A stretch of 51,532 nucleotides of DNA from Parcubacteria group bacterium GW2011_GWD2_38_11 (lineage in GTDB: Bacteria; Patescibacteriota; Minisyncoccia; Moranbacterales; GWC2-37-73), in assembly GCA_000992325.1 (NCBI GenBank), contig LBTZ01000002.1, positions 1-51,532 on the forward strand, given 5' to 3'. Numbering within the stretch: position 1 is the first letter of the stretch; every line of letters begins with the position of its first letter. The notes under the pieces were generated by a model. It ran no database searches. It saw only the letters and a program-made list of their open reading frames with translations, and was not told where the DNA came from. Below, in pieces: positions 27,462 to 38,319 of this stretch. Both the position numbers and the translations under genes were made by a program.

Positions 27462-30119
27462 TTAAAGCTTTACATCCTTTTTAAGCGCAATATCACGCCT
27501 TGATCTCCTCCAACCATAACCCAAATAACCGAGGCATGCAAGCAGGGTTACAAGGGAAATGCCAGCTCCAACATAGAAAAGTCGCTGCGGCCAAAATTCG
27601 ACAACGAGCTCCATATCATACGTGCCATCTGAATTTTTTTTGCAAAAACTCTCATTGTCATTCCCGCGAAGGCGGGAATCCAGTCCGCACAACTCCTCAA
27701 CATCAACGATCCAACTGTTTGCATATCCGTTAGCCATAAGATGACTTTCTTCTGGCAATTGCACCACGCTATCATTATGAGCGAAGTCGAGAAATCTGTC
27801 CTCACTGTCTCCCGCCTTTTTTGCCAACCAAGTTTCAAAAATGTTCCCATTTGGCAAATTATCATTTTGAATCGTGCCTTGAAAATTTTTGGAAATAAAA
27901 TCAATATTGTATTTTTCAATATAATCCGGAACTTCTTCTTGCTTGTTACTGTCCCACTTCTGATGGCCAATTTCCTTTTCTTTGCCATCCCCCAACGTGC
28001 TAACTAACCCATTATCCAAAAAGCCAGCCAACTCTTCTTTTGATGCTTGGTCATCACCATTACCATCTAAAATCTTGTAATTATCCAAATTTGCATCTTG
28101 TATCTTGTTTTTTGTTTTTTGTTTTGGCGAAGCCAAATAGGCTTTCCATCCATCATGATATCCTTCAGACATTACCAACGGAAATACGCCTCTTGCATTA
28201 TTAATTCTAACCCTATATTTAGTTGGATTAATTTTTGAAAATTCCAAAAATGGCAACACCTTTTCATCTTCTTTTTGAGTGAAATATTGCCTTATAGAAT
28301 CCTTTCTATTAAAATTTTGCTTTGATAGGAATACTGACGAATTGATTTCGAAATTTTTATCAGCAAATACCTTCCCAATTTCAGATTCATCTAATTGTGA
28401 GATAAGCAACTTATTTGGAATGTAAAAATGAGGAAGGAAGGAATTATTATCCACAGAATAAATATCAAGCCTTCCAATACTTTTCTTATTTAATTCTTTT
28501 ATTTCTTCAAAACAGGAACTTGTTGATGGTAAAACGTCATTTTGCATTATCACATTTTTTATATTTTGAACAGCGAATGCCTTCCTCAAAATATCAATGT
28601 CTCTCTTGGTATTGTATTCGTTATAACATAATTGTTTTTTAATATTTTCATCGACGTATTTACCACTAAAAGGCGTGAAACTGGTGGTTTGTTTCATAAA
28701 GAACCGCAAGATGTTTGCTGAATCAAAATTATTTCCATTCCAGCTAAATAAGGTGTATATAAACTTGGAACTAAAGTATTGATCTGGAAAAATCTTGTAT
28801 GTATTTATTATTTTTTTATCCTTAAGTGCGACTTCATTTTCAAAATAATATCCAGGAACCTTAGTGGGCTTAGTCAAGGTGACAAAAAATTTATCAAAAA
28901 AATAATAGGAACTTAGCACAACCATAGGTATAAGAAAAAGCATTTTTATCTTATTATTTGATTTCATTTTTTCCAAAGCCAATATAAATAAAATTACAAA
29001 GGCAAAATGAACAACGAACTGAAATTTGAAGAGGGCTCTAAATAGACTAAATCCTGGAATATATTCCCAGAGCAATAAAAATAATCTACCCAGTGGATTA
29101 TTGGTTCCCATGGAAAATGCATAAGAAAATACGAAGATAACAATAAAAAAAATACTCAATTTCTTATTCCGAGAGCCCTTTGCGTAAAAAAATAAATGAA
29201 TACAGAAAACAAAAATGGCTATACTAAAAGCTGCAACTACTATATAATTTCTCGTAAAAAAACCTGCCGGATGATTTGGGTTATTTACGAAACTATGGGA
29301 GAACATGAATGGCAAAAAACTTTTAATTTGCCTACTACTTTCAGACAATACCCCCAACGCTGCATCATCCGAGTAAAAAACTATTGATTGATTTGGGCTG
29401 TTTTTTTTAATCAGAGCATCATAAGCTGGATTCATCAACCAAAAGGCATTCAAAAAAATAAAAAAACATATCGCAAACAATGACTTTGCTTTATTTTTCA
29501 ATAAATATCGCCATTTAAAAACTACTACATATAAGAAAACCACAGTCAATAGTAATACAGTGTTGAGGATATAAGAATTTACAAATAAAACAAGCATCGA
29601 CAGAACAAACACATCTTTGAATACGATCGTTCTACCTCTACAGCTGAACAAGTAGCCAATGAATAAATTAACGAATACAAAAGAGTATGCAATATCACTC
29701 TGACTCAAAACTATACCAGCAATAAGAGGATTAACAACCACGAAAAACATTACCAGCACATGGTCAATAATATTTGCCTGCTTAAATACGTTTTTTGTAA
29801 GATATATACTAGATACAATCAATCCGAAAATTGTTCCATAAAAATATAGTATGCTAACAAAATATACATCAAAAAAATGTGTCAGTATGTAAAAAATGGA
29901 TTGGAAGGGAAAAGAGATAATCATCATTGGTATGTAGTATCCATTGTCGTTATTCATCCATATAAAAGGATTCAGTAAATAAGAATTATTCTTCCACAAA
30001 CTAAAATTTCCATCTCCAAACAAAATTAATCCATTTTGACTTTTATAAAAAACAAAAGAAAAAAACAGTATACTAACTGCTGCCAACAAGAGACCAAGTT
30101 TTTTATTTATATTGAACAT
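27462..30119 (-). CDS. Polytopic membrane protein, putative GT-C (YfhO/AftD-like)
   Basis: FGD, PGFSLFRALFKF, KINPTKY, SEGYHDGWKAY, ANGYANSW, EFWPQR; paralog of 23670..25847. Confidence 0.75.
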   Translation of the reverse strand: MFNINKKLGLLLAAVSILFFSFVFYKSQNGLILFGDGNFSLWKNNSYLLNPFIWMNNDNGYYIPMMIISFPFQSIFYILTHFFDVYFVSILYFYGTIFGLIVSSIYLTKNVFKQANIIDHVLVMFFVVVNPLIAGIVLSQSDIAYSFVFVNLFIGYLFSCRGRTIVFKDVFVLSMLVLFVNSYILNTVLLLTVVFLYVVVFKWRYLLKNKAKSLFAICFFIFLNAFWLMNPAYDALIKKNSPNQSIVFYSDDAALGVLSESSRQIKSFLPFMFSHSFVNNPNHPAGFFTRNYIVVAAFSIAIFVFCIHLFFYAKGSRNKKLSIFFIVIFVFSYAFSMGTNNPLGRLFLLLWEYIPGFSLFRALFKFQFVVHFAFVILFILALEKMKSNNKIKMLFLIPMVVLSSYYFFDKFFVTLTKPTKVPGYYFENEVALKDKKIINTYKIFPDQYFSSKFIYTLFSWNGNNFDSANILRFFMKQTTSFTPFSGKYVDENIKKQLCYNEYNTKRDIDILRKAFAVQNIKNVIMQNDVLPSTSSCFEEIKELNKKSIGRLDIYSVDNNSFLPHFYIPNKLLISQLDESEIGKVFADKNFEINSSVFLSKQNFNRKDSIRQYFTQKEDEKVLPFLEFSKINPTKYRVRINNARGVFPLVMSEGYHDGWKAYLASPKQKTKNKIQDANLDNYKILDGNGDDQASKEELAGFLDNGLVSTLGDGKEKEIGHQKWDSNKQEEVPDYIEKYNIDFISKNFQGTIQNDNLPNGNIFETWLAKKAGDSEDRFLDFAHNDSVVQLPEESHLMANGYANSWIVDVEELCGLDSRLRGNDNESFCKKNSDGTYDMELVVEFWPQRLFYVGAGISLVTLLACLGYLGYGWRRSRRDIALKKDVKL
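27657..27682 (+). repeat. In-frame dRS3-like palindrome
   Basis: gtcattcccgcgaaggcgggaatcca, encodes DSRLRGND on the minus strand. Confidence 0.85.
27771..27797 (+). repeat. In-frame GTCAT-type palindrome (degenerate)
   Basis: atcattatgagcgaagtcgagaaatct, encodes RFLDFAHND; similar to 25861-25887. Confidence 0.7.
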
Positions 30120-30803
30120 TTATGCCTTTTTTTCACACAAAAAAATTATACTCTGACCAAGACGCGGAAATAATTTTGCAAAAACAGAAAATTGCAGATT
30201 ACCAGAATTTGAAAAGTTAACAACGTCTGATTTTTCAATCAGCGTTTTAAATTCATGCTTGTTTAATAATTTCCTCAGTGTATTAAAAGTGAAATAACGA
30301 ATATGACCAGAACTATCGTACTCATTGGGAGATACTTCAATTATTGGATTTTTACCCAAAAACAAGAATATCCTCCTTCCAAATGACGCAATATTAGGAG
30401 TGGATATAATTAACTTGCCCGAGGGTTTCAAAAGCCGTTTTATTTCTTGCAGAAAAAAATCCGTATCATATATATGTTCAATTATCTCACCAATAACAAT
30501 TACATCAAAAAGATTATCCTCAAATGGAAATTGGTTTCTATCATCAAAGAAAAATTGTTTAACTTTTATTTTTTTTTCCTCGCAAAGCTGAACTCCAAAA
30601 TCGCTCGCCTCCACCCCATGGAAATTATTATTTCTGTTTTTTACCTTTGACAAAAATGTGCCATCATAACACCCAATATCCAGCATATCGGCATTTTTAA
30701 AATTCAAATCATTAATCATGCTTAACATAATCTCAATTCTTGGATTATTTCTTAGTTCCAAGTTTCTATTCACCTCGTACATTTTTTTATATATATCTTT
30801 CAT
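30120..30803 (-). CDS. Class I SAM-dependent methyltransferase
   Basis: LDIGCYDG, EIIEH, STPN, GHIRYFT. Confidence 0.9.
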   Translation of the reverse strand: MKDIYKKMYEVNRNLELRNNPRIEIMLSMINDLNFKNADMLDIGCYDGTFLSKVKNRNNNFHGVEASDFGVQLCEEKKIKVKQFFFDDRNQFPFEDNLFDVIVIGEIIEHIYDTDFFLQEIKRLLKPSGKLIISTPNIASFGRRIFLFLGKNPIIEVSPNEYDSSGHIRYFTFNTLRKLLNKHEFKTLIEKSDVVNFSNSGNLQFSVFAKLFPRLGQSIIFLCEKKA

Positions 30804-30807
30804 GGGT

Positions 30808-31800
30808 CTAATATGCAATTAAAATTGTTTCATTAGCTAAACTAAAAGGATTAATTTTTCTAATCATAAACTTATATTCCGGATTCAAATTCGCAACAAA
30901 AGGTTTTATTTCATAGAAATCTTGCGCCCTATGATAAATTGATATCAATAAAACCGGCTTTTGTTCTTGGATGGTTTTTTTTGCACCTATAATTGACTTA
31001 TATTCGGCACCTTCAATATCCATTTTAATTAACCCGATTTTCAATTTATTCTCCCCTGCAAATTCATCTATTGTTATTACTTCAATATTTTCTCCATCAC
31101 CCCCATCAGTTATTGTAGCCATCAATCCCTCACTTTTTATTTGAAGCGAAGCTTTTTCATCGCCCAGCCCATTATTTACAGCAACAACATTATTCAGTCT
31201 ATATTCTCCAATAACCTTTTTAAGATTTTCATAATTGTTTTTTTGTGGCTCAAAAGAATATATCTTATTAAATGAATATTCCCCACTGAATACAATTGCA
31301 CTATCACCAATAAAAGCTCCTGCGTCAATAACATCTCCACCCTTCATTTTTTCAGCTCTTTCTCTTGGTACAAAATTCAGGCCATTATGATAAAAAAATG
31401 TTTCCACCGGAAAAGAATTCAACATTGGATAAAGCTTCTTGTATCCACTTAAATCAATATCGTCTTGCTGCCTAATTTCTTCTTTACTAAAATATTCATT
31501 ATTCAAAATATTATTAGTATAAATATATTTTTGCCTCTCCAATAATCTGTCAATAAGTTCTTGACTCTCATCATCAAGATTTTCCTTCAGCTGTTTGATT
31601 TTTTCCTCTTTTCCAAAATAAAATAAGAAATCTCGAGCTCTTTCAAAATCCATATCATCCCTGAAGCTGAATTTGAAAATATTTGGAAGAATTCCAAAAA
31701 GAAGATTCGCTAACGCAAACGCTCTCCATTCTGTTTTAATTGAGACATTAAAAAGGCTCAGTATATTTTTGGCAAAACTAAATAATTTTATCTTCATCAC
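30808..31800 (-). CDS. FkbM-family methyltransferase
   Basis: IDAGAFIGD, FEP, IKMDIEGAE, SIYH. Confidence 0.9.
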   Translation of the reverse strand: MMKIKLFSFAKNILSLFNVSIKTEWRAFALANLLFGILPNIFKFSFRDDMDFERARDFLFYFGKEEKIKQLKENLDDESQELIDRLLERQKYIYTNNILNNEYFSKEEIRQQDDIDLSGYKKLYPMLNSFPVETFFYHNGLNFVPRERAEKMKGGDVIDAGAFIGDSAIVFSGEYSFNKIYSFEPQKNNYENLKKVIGEYRLNNVVAVNNGLGDEKASLQIKSEGLMATITDGGDGENIEVITIDEFAGENKLKIGLIKMDIEGAEYKSIIGAKKTIQEQKPVLLISIYHRAQDFYEIKPFVANLNPEYKFMIRKINPFSLANETILIAY

Positions 31801-31803
31801 TGT

Positions 31804-32817
31804 TTATTTATTAATATAGGCAATAAGCATTATTTCTTGCGCGAGACTATATGGATTGAATTTTCTAATTACAAATTCATATCCACAATCCAAACTTTCT
31901 AGATATGGCTTTATTTCAAAAAAATCTTTTCCTCTGTGGTATATTGATATCACCAAGACTGGTTTGAATTTTTTAATCGTTTCTGTCGCTCCCAATACCG
32001 CATTATATTCAGACCCCTCTATGTCCATTTTTATCAAACCAATATTGGCATTATTTTTTCCTACAAAATCATCTATGGTAACAATATTTATTGATTCATC
32101 TCCAGCATCACCAACATAAGAACCTGGGCCTTGAGATTTTATTTTGATTTGACCAACAAAATCCCCAACCCCTTTTTCAACCGCAAGCACATTAGATAAG
32201 TTATTCTCCTTTATATTAGTGACTAATTTAGAGAAATTGTTTTTTTCAGGCTCAAATGCATATATTTTGTGAAAATCATATTCCTTATTGAAAATAACAG
32301 AAGAATCACCCCAGAAAGCTCCCGCATCCACAACATCTGTCCCAATAAGGGATTTTTTAACCTCAGCCGGAAGCAATTTTAGACCATTATGATAAAAGGA
32401 GATAACCTCATCAACAAATCCTGGAAGATTATTCTTACTTTTCCTCTCCCTATCCAAGAGTGACTGCTCTTTCAACTCTTCCTGATTAAAAAATTGATCA
32501 GTATCCATCAAGCTATGCGTATAAATATACTCAAACCTCTTAAGAATCTCATCTACCAAAACGCAACTAGTTTCATCTAAATCCTTTTTTAAATCCAGGA
32601 TGAACTTATTTTCATCGTAACTACCACCAAGTAAATAATACTTGACGAAACTCTCGGCAAACATAAAACTGCTCTCATCTCGAACAATATATTTACCCTT
32701 ACTAAAAAATGAAAAGATTATCAGATTTACAAAATTAGACAATTTAATAATATTTTTGAGCGGCGCATTCAAAAATTTCAATACTCTATAAATAAGCTGG
32801 AAAAGTTTTGTTTTCAT
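31804..32817 (-). CDS. FkbM-family methyltransferase (tandem paralog)
   Basis: VDAGAFWGD, FEP, IKMDIEGSE, SIYH. Confidence 0.9.
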   Translation of the reverse strand: MKTKLFQLIYRVLKFLNAPLKNIIKLSNFVNLIIFSFFSKGKYIVRDESSFMFAESFVKYYLLGGSYDENKFILDLKKDLDETSCVLVDEILKRFEYIYTHSLMDTDQFFNQEELKEQSLLDRERKSKNNLPGFVDEVISFYHNGLKLLPAEVKKSLIGTDVVDAGAFWGDSSVIFNKEYDFHKIYAFEPEKNNFSKLVTNIKENNLSNVLAVEKGVGDFVGQIKIKSQGPGSYVGDAGDESINIVTIDDFVGKNNANIGLIKMDIEGSEYNAVLGATETIKKFKPVLVISIYHRGKDFFEIKPYLESLDCGYEFVIRKFNPYSLAQEIMLIAYINK

Positions 32818-32835
32818 TTTTATAAGATTTATTAA

Positions 32836-33666
32836 TTATAATGATTTTATTTTCGCCTTTTCAACCACAAATTTCAATTTACCTGTGTCTGGCACCTCAG
32901 TTTTATTATACTGAGAAAAAGTATTAACATATTTATTTGGCAAATGATGAATCAAGGAATCCTCAATATGATCAAGATTAACGAGTTTCGTCAAATTACA
33001 GCGAAAATAAACGTCTGATGCAGCAGATTCCAACACTGCCCCAAATCCACCATCGGGACCCAGGAAATAATTTCCTGATGATAATACTGCCCTGAACTGA
33101 TCACTAGTTAATAGATACGATGCCTGATGCAGGTTATTCGGCTCAAAATATGTTTCCCCGTCAAGAACAAGCTTGTATTCAATAATTTTATTTTTTATCA
33201 AATAGTGCTTAAGAGCGTAAAACCTCATCCAAAATGGTCCATGTCTCAGGGTGCAATTTCCCGAATGGAAATCTATCAAATAAACATAGTCATCATTTTT
33301 CAATTCAAACCTAACAAAGCCAGGGATAAAAGGGGTCCCTTTCAATTTTTGAGAATATTGAAGAAAATATCGTATATTTCTTTCGGTAATCAGTATATCA
33401 TTTTCTGAATAAATAAACAAATCATATTTATCAACATTTTCTGCCATGTATTCCTTGTGTTGATGTGGTAGCATCAGGCCTATGCTGGGATCAAACCTAA
33501 ACTTTTTTATTCTGATATTATCAAATTCCGACAAATTGATATCATCGGTCAAAAAAACTGCCACATCTATATCAAAATGCATGCTATTATATTCTCTCAA
33601 TATCGTTTTCAAATACTCAACTTGCCCACTACCATAGCTTGGTATACAGACTAATATTTTTTCCAT
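32836..33666 (-). CDS. Hypothetical protein, possible GT-A-fold glycosyltransferase
   Basis: YDLFIYSEND (DxD-like), IHHLPNKY; operon context. Confidence 0.6.
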   Translation of the reverse strand: MEKILVCIPSYGSGQVEYLKTILREYNSMHFDIDVAVFLTDDINLSEFDNIRIKKFRFDPSIGLMLPHQHKEYMAENVDKYDLFIYSENDILITERNIRYFLQYSQKLKGTPFIPGFVRFELKNDDYVYLIDFHSGNCTLRHGPFWMRFYALKHYLIKNKIIEYKLVLDGETYFEPNNLHQASYLLTSDQFRAVLSSGNYFLGPDGGFGAVLESAASDVYFRCNLTKLVNLDHIEDSLIHHLPNKYVNTFSQYNKTEVPDTGKLKFVVEKAKIKSL

Positions 33667-33670
33667 TTAC

Positions 33671-34813
33671 TTAAAAGGATTTTGCCTCCACTCCAGCAAG
33701 AGTATCCCAATTATATTTATCTATTAATTTAACACCATTTGAATTATCAAAATCGCCAGACTCAAACAATTTTACAACCTTATCTGCCACATCGATATAA
33801 TCACCCTTTGCAGATATAATAACTTCCTTGTTTTTGTATATATTTTTATATGGCTCCAAATCATAAGCAAAAGTTTTCACACCCAGACAAACAGCTTCCA
33901 AAAGAGCAATCCCAAAACTTTCACTTTGACTAGTACTTAAAAACCAAAAGCTCTTGGAGCTCTTTATTATATTAAATTTTTCTTGTCCAGCAATATATCC
34001 TAAAAAATTTATATTTTGCTCTAAATTCAAATCCTTGATTTTTTTTCGAAACTGATTCTCTGTTGAATCATCACCTTTTCCCATGATAGCCAATTGAAAA
34101 TCAGGAAATTTCTCTTTTACAATCAATAAAACTTTTAGCATATCGTAAATACCCTTTGTTTCATTTATTCTACCTACAAAAAGCGCATCTATATTAATTT
34201 GATCATTTTTAGACGCCTTTTTTATTAGGTCAATCTCAACCGCATTGCCCGTAACGACTATTTTTTTCTCATCAAAACCAGCCGTAACCATATATTTTTT
34301 CAACTCTTGAGATATGGCGAAAATCTTATCAACCCTTTTCAAGAAAAACAAGCTGACCTGAAAAAAAAGCCATGCTAAAAACCTCAATAGCTTATTTCCT
34401 GGATCACTAATTGGAACAATGTTATCAAAAACTGTTAACCACTTTATTTCAGGATTTTTTCTCTTTAATAAATATGGAAAAATAATCAAATCCATCACCG
34501 AGGAAATAGAGTAAATTATTTCAAATCTAGCAGCTAAATCCCTTCGATAAGAAAAGGCTAGCATATTCCTACGAATTGCCTCGAGGATAAACTGAGCTTT
34601 ACTTGTAATCAACCTTGTTTTTCTAAGCTCAATATATTCATAATCTCCTACTATTCCTTCTTTATCTATACGTTTTTTGAGAAAATCATTGCAAAAAATA
34701 GCAATATGAAAACCTTTCGATTGCCATAATTTTATTTTTAAAAGCAATGGAATTATATTTCCATGCTCAATAGTGATAGCATTTATAAGTATTCTTGTTT
34801 TTTTCTCTGACAT
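33671..34813 (-). CDS. Glycosyltransferase family 4
   Basis: FVGRI..TKG, ESFGIALLEA. Confidence 0.88.
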   Translation of the reverse strand: MSEKKTRILINAITIEHGNIIPLLLKIKLWQSKGFHIAIFCNDFLKKRIDKEGIVGDYEYIELRKTRLITSKAQFILEAIRRNMLAFSYRRDLAARFEIIYSISSVMDLIIFPYLLKRKNPEIKWLTVFDNIVPISDPGNKLLRFLAWLFFQVSLFFLKRVDKIFAISQELKKYMVTAGFDEKKIVVTGNAVEIDLIKKASKNDQINIDALFVGRINETKGIYDMLKVLLIVKEKFPDFQLAIMGKGDDSTENQFRKKIKDLNLEQNINFLGYIAGQEKFNIIKSSKSFWFLSTSQSESFGIALLEAVCLGVKTFAYDLEPYKNIYKNKEVIISAKGDYIDVADKVVKLFESGDFDNSNGVKLIDKYNWDTLAGVEAKSF

Positions 34814-34816
34814 TTC

Positions 34817-35526
34817 CTAAATATTATTCATTACTTCTTTTATTTTTTCACGCCATAGATAATATCCCTTACCTAATATATGTATTCCATCACCATAATA
34901 TATCCCCTCCTTTTCCTTTAATAATGAATCATTAATATCAATATAAGCAACATTGTTTTTTTCCGAATATTCTTTCAACATACCGTTCAATTTTTTAATT
35001 TTTTCATTTATAGATATAAATCTATCCTGGGTTGGATTCAGATATAAAGTAGACTGAACAATTGGCACAATCTCATGCTCCCTGAGTCCCGCAATAACAT
35101 TCTTATAATTATTAAAAACATCTGTTTCCGACCTCTCTATGAAAAAATCATTAACTCCCATCATTAAAAAACACGCGCGTGGGTTTAAATTGTAGACATA
35201 TTCCATTCTATCTAAAATTCCTTCCGTATTGTCACCAGGAATTCCCCTGTTGACAACATCATTCCTTCCCAATAGTTCATCCCAATTCGCATTATATGTT
35301 AAAGAATCTCCAAGCATAACTATATTTGTCTTATCAGTAAGATAAATACCATAAAGACCCTTTGCCATATAATTTCGATCATTTGAATTCAAATTTTGTG
35401 CAATCACCATATCAACTTTTTTATATCCAGTCTGCCTTCTTTGATTTATATAAAAAACTACAAAAAAACAATGCTCAAGATAACCGATGATAATATTACT
35501 ATTTTAGTTAAAAGTATCTTATTCAT
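34817..35526 (-). CDS. SGNH/GDSL hydrolase, N-terminal anchor frameshifted at a T7 tract
   Basis: GDSLT, NRGIPGD, GVND, DGIH in ORF 34817..35410; upstream ATG at 35526 (TAATG overlap) is in frame only if T7 at 35462-35468 were T8. Confidence 0.8.
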
Positions 35527-36152
35527 TATCTATTTTTATTCTGACAAATTAAAATAACATTATATCCAAGCAATCTTCCCAAGAAAGGAAGGTTCCGAAT
35601 TATATTTCCAAAATTATTTGAACTAAATTTTTCTTTTTCAATTTTTAAACCACACATCTCAATTAATTGACGTGCCGTTTTCAATGTATATAAATGCAGA
35701 TGAGTACGATCAAGAATTCCACTTTCAATATAATTAAAATTTCCAAACAATAAACCAATTCTTGTAGTGAAGTTTGCGACATTTGGCAAGGATATTAAAA
35801 CTCTTCCATCCTCATTGAGAAAATTTTTCACAAAATATCGAAGTACCTTTTCAGGATAAACAAGATGTTCCAAGACATCAGCAAATATAATCACATCAAA
35901 TTTTTCATCTATTTTAAATTTTTCAAATTCATTCAAGTCTAATTGAAAAACTTTTTCATATCCATGCTCATTTTTTGCAACCTCCAAATCAACATTATCA
36001 TAATCAATTCCAAAAAAAATATTCTCATTTGATATTTTTTTCAGATATCCCTTATTGCAACCTATATCAAGCACTTTTTTGCCCTTACCAATCTCTTCAG
36101 CTATCAAATAATGCGTGCCCCAGCGAGCAGAGTTAAAGTTATATTGTTTCAT
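35526..36152 (-). CDS. Class I SAM-dependent methyltransferase
   Basis: VLDIGCNKG, ADVLEHL, SLPN, GILDRTHL. Confidence 0.9.
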   Translation of the reverse strand: MKQYNFNSARWGTHYLIAEEIGKGKKVLDIGCNKGYLKKISNENIFFGIDYDNVDLEVAKNEHGYEKVFQLDLNEFEKFKIDEKFDVIIFADVLEHLVYPEKVLRYFVKNFLNEDGRVLISLPNVANFTTRIGLLFGNFNYIESGILDRTHLHLYTLKTARQLIEMCGLKIEKEKFSSNNFGNIIRNLPFLGRLLGYNVILICQNKNR

Positions 36153-36156
36153 GATT

Positions 36157-37149
36157 TTATTTAAATTTAGGTAAACCAATCTGTTTAAAGGCTGAGAACT
36201 TATACGAACCGAAATACATCAAAGAAAATAGCTCTCTGTCACTCACAATTCTATTTTTTTGCACCATGTTTCTTTTTTTAAAACTATCAAACAAATTAAC
36301 AACATTCCACCAATATGACTCCCAGATAATAGCACACATTTTAAAATTTCCCGTTAGCAGATACACCAATGATTCTGCGGAATTTTGCAATATAAACAAT
36401 GGAACTGTCCAAAGCAAGTTAACTGCATTGTAATTCTTCAACATATTCCTTAAATTATGACTTTCGACCCAGAAACGTCTTTCACTTGATGTGGTATGCC
36501 TTTGGTTTGTCTTGGCCTGAGTTTCCATGGATGATCCTCCTCCATAATGAACCAAGCGGGTATCTTCGCAAATACCCAACCTCATGCCAAACAAATTTGC
36601 CCGCCAACACAAATCCGTATCCTCGCTATACATGAAGTATTTTTCATCAAATCCTCCTAATTTTGCGAAATCATCTCTACCTATTATTAGCGAACAACCC
36701 TCTACATAAAATAGCCTACTCCCGGGACCAGGCGATGCCAAAACATCAAGTTGTAAAAAACTTCCATCTAATGGATCGATACCCTTCGCGTTTACAATTC
36801 TGGGTCCAACAATATTTAAATTTTTGTCTTTCTTAAACTTGATTAATTTTTCCAGCATGTCGCTTGGAGACTCCGTATCGTTATTCAGGAAAAACAAATA
36901 CTCACCTTGGCTACTTTTCACTCCAATATCATTAGCAGCTCCAAAACCCAAATTTTTATCATTTTTTATAATTACAATATCTTTATAATTTTCCTGAACA
37001 AAATCAACACTTTCATCAATAGAATTATTATCAACAAAAATTATTTCAAAATTTTTATATGTCTGATCGGAAAAAGAATCTAGGCATCCTTTTAGCCATT
37101 TTTTTCCATTATAATTAACAACGACTATAGAAATTAAATCTTTTTTCAT
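36157..37149 (-). CDS. Glycosyltransferase family 2 (rhamnosyltransferase-like)
   Basis: SIVVVNYN, VDN, NLGFG, LNND, GGFDE.YFMYSEDTD. Confidence 0.9.
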   Translation of the reverse strand: MKKDLISIVVVNYNGKKWLKGCLDSFSDQTYKNFEIIFVDNNSIDESVDFVQENYKDIVIIKNDKNLGFGAANDIGVKSSQGEYLFFLNNDTESPSDMLEKLIKFKKDKNLNIVGPRIVNAKGIDPLDGSFLQLDVLASPGPGSRLFYVEGCSLIIGRDDFAKLGGFDEKYFMYSEDTDLCWRANLFGMRLGICEDTRLVHYGGGSSMETQAKTNQRHTTSSERRFWVESHNLRNMLKNYNAVNLLWTVPLFILQNSAESLVYLLTGNFKMCAIIWESYWWNVVNLFDSFKKRNMVQKNRIVSDRELFSLMYFGSYKFSAFKQIGLPKFK

Positions 37150-37150
37150 T

Positions 37151-37702
37151 TCAGTTTTTTGATTGCTTAATAATCTCAGCAGGAACACCGCCAACGACAC
37201 AATTATCAGGAATGTCCTTCACGACAACAGCATTTGCCCCAATAATGACGTTATTTCCAATTTTCACATTTCCAATGATTCTGGCGCCAGTGCCTATTGT
37301 GACATCATCCCCAATAACCGCACTACGACTGTCTTCCAAATTTTTTGTTCCGATAGTTAGGGGTCCTATAAGATGCACATTCTTTCCGATAACAGCACTG
37401 TGCGCTATTATAATTCCCCTATTGTGCATATATACGCCACCTCCAATTGTTGCATGTGGGTCTATATTGATATCTAAAATATAATAAGTAAAAATAAAAT
37501 AAAAAGGATAGGTGATAAATCCAAAAAATTTCAAAAAAATACTCTGGCTGGTTAAAAAATAATGTTGCCAACGATAAACAAAGGAGAACATCATTCCTGG
37601 ATTATGGAAAAAAACTAAAAGAAAAATTACGAGATTATTTTTTTTATTAAATCTCAGATAGGATTCCCAATCAGATTTTATCAATTTAAAGCTTGACAAC
37701 AT
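37151..37702 (-). CDS. Serine-acetyltransferase-like hexapeptide O-acetyltransferase
   Basis: Left-handed beta-helix repeats, IGANAVV..D.P, GVPA. Confidence 0.85.
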   Translation of the reverse strand: MLSSFKLIKSDWESYLRFNKKNNLVIFLLVFFHNPGMMFSFVYRWQHYFLTSQSIFLKFFGFITYPFYFIFTYYILDINIDPHATIGGGVYMHNRGIIIAHSAVIGKNVHLIGPLTIGTKNLEDSRSAVIGDDVTIGTGARIIGNVKIGNNVIIGANAVVVKDIPDNCVVGGVPAEIIKQSKN

Positions 37703-37711
37703 TTAATTATT

Positions 37712-38317
37712 TTATTTAAAATTATTAATAGTCTTAACTACTTTTGCTGGATTACCAGCAGCAATCGCATCCGCGGGAATATCATGAGTAACAACTGAGC
37801 CTGCTGCTATAACAGCTCTATCACCAATAGTAACACCCTTGAGAATCATCACTCTTCTCCCAATCCAAACATCATTTCCAATTTTTACAGGACCATGTGC
37901 GGGATTTTTTACTTCAATCGACATGCCCCTTCCACCATAATCACTATCCGATTCTATGTCTCTTCTTCGATCCTCAGCATAAATTGAATGTGAATTATTG
38001 TCTTGAATATACACGTCTGAAGAAATCAGACAATGCGATCCTATTTCCACACTTTCCATAGCGCGAATTATAGTACGCTCATTTATAGAAGTGTACCCAC
38101 CAATTTTAATTTTTCCCATTCCCTCAACCACTAGCCAGCCAGAAAGTTTCATATCTTCACCAAGAATTATCTGGTTTTTATTCTTTACACCCGATATACC
38201 AGAACCAAACTTCAAGAATACTCTCCCCTCACACGTTACTTTTCTTCGATATATTCTACCGTATATTTTTGTAATAATTCTATTAAAAATATCATACAAA
38301 CTAATAAGTAAATCCAT
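37712..38317 (-). CDS. Hexapeptide acyltransferase (sugar O-acetyltransferase-like)
   Basis: [23 protein letters not shown]. Confidence 0.88.
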   Translation of the reverse strand: MDLLISLYDIFNRIITKIYGRIYRRKVTCEGRVFLKFGSGISGVKNKNQIILGEDMKLSGWLVVEGMGKIKIGGYTSINERTIIRAMESVEIGSHCLISSDVYIQDNNSHSIYAEDRRRDIESDSDYGGRGMSIEVKNPAHGPVKIGNDVWIGRRVMILKGVTIGDRAVIAAGSVVTHDIPADAIAAGNPAKVVKTINNFK

Positions 38318-38319
38318 AT

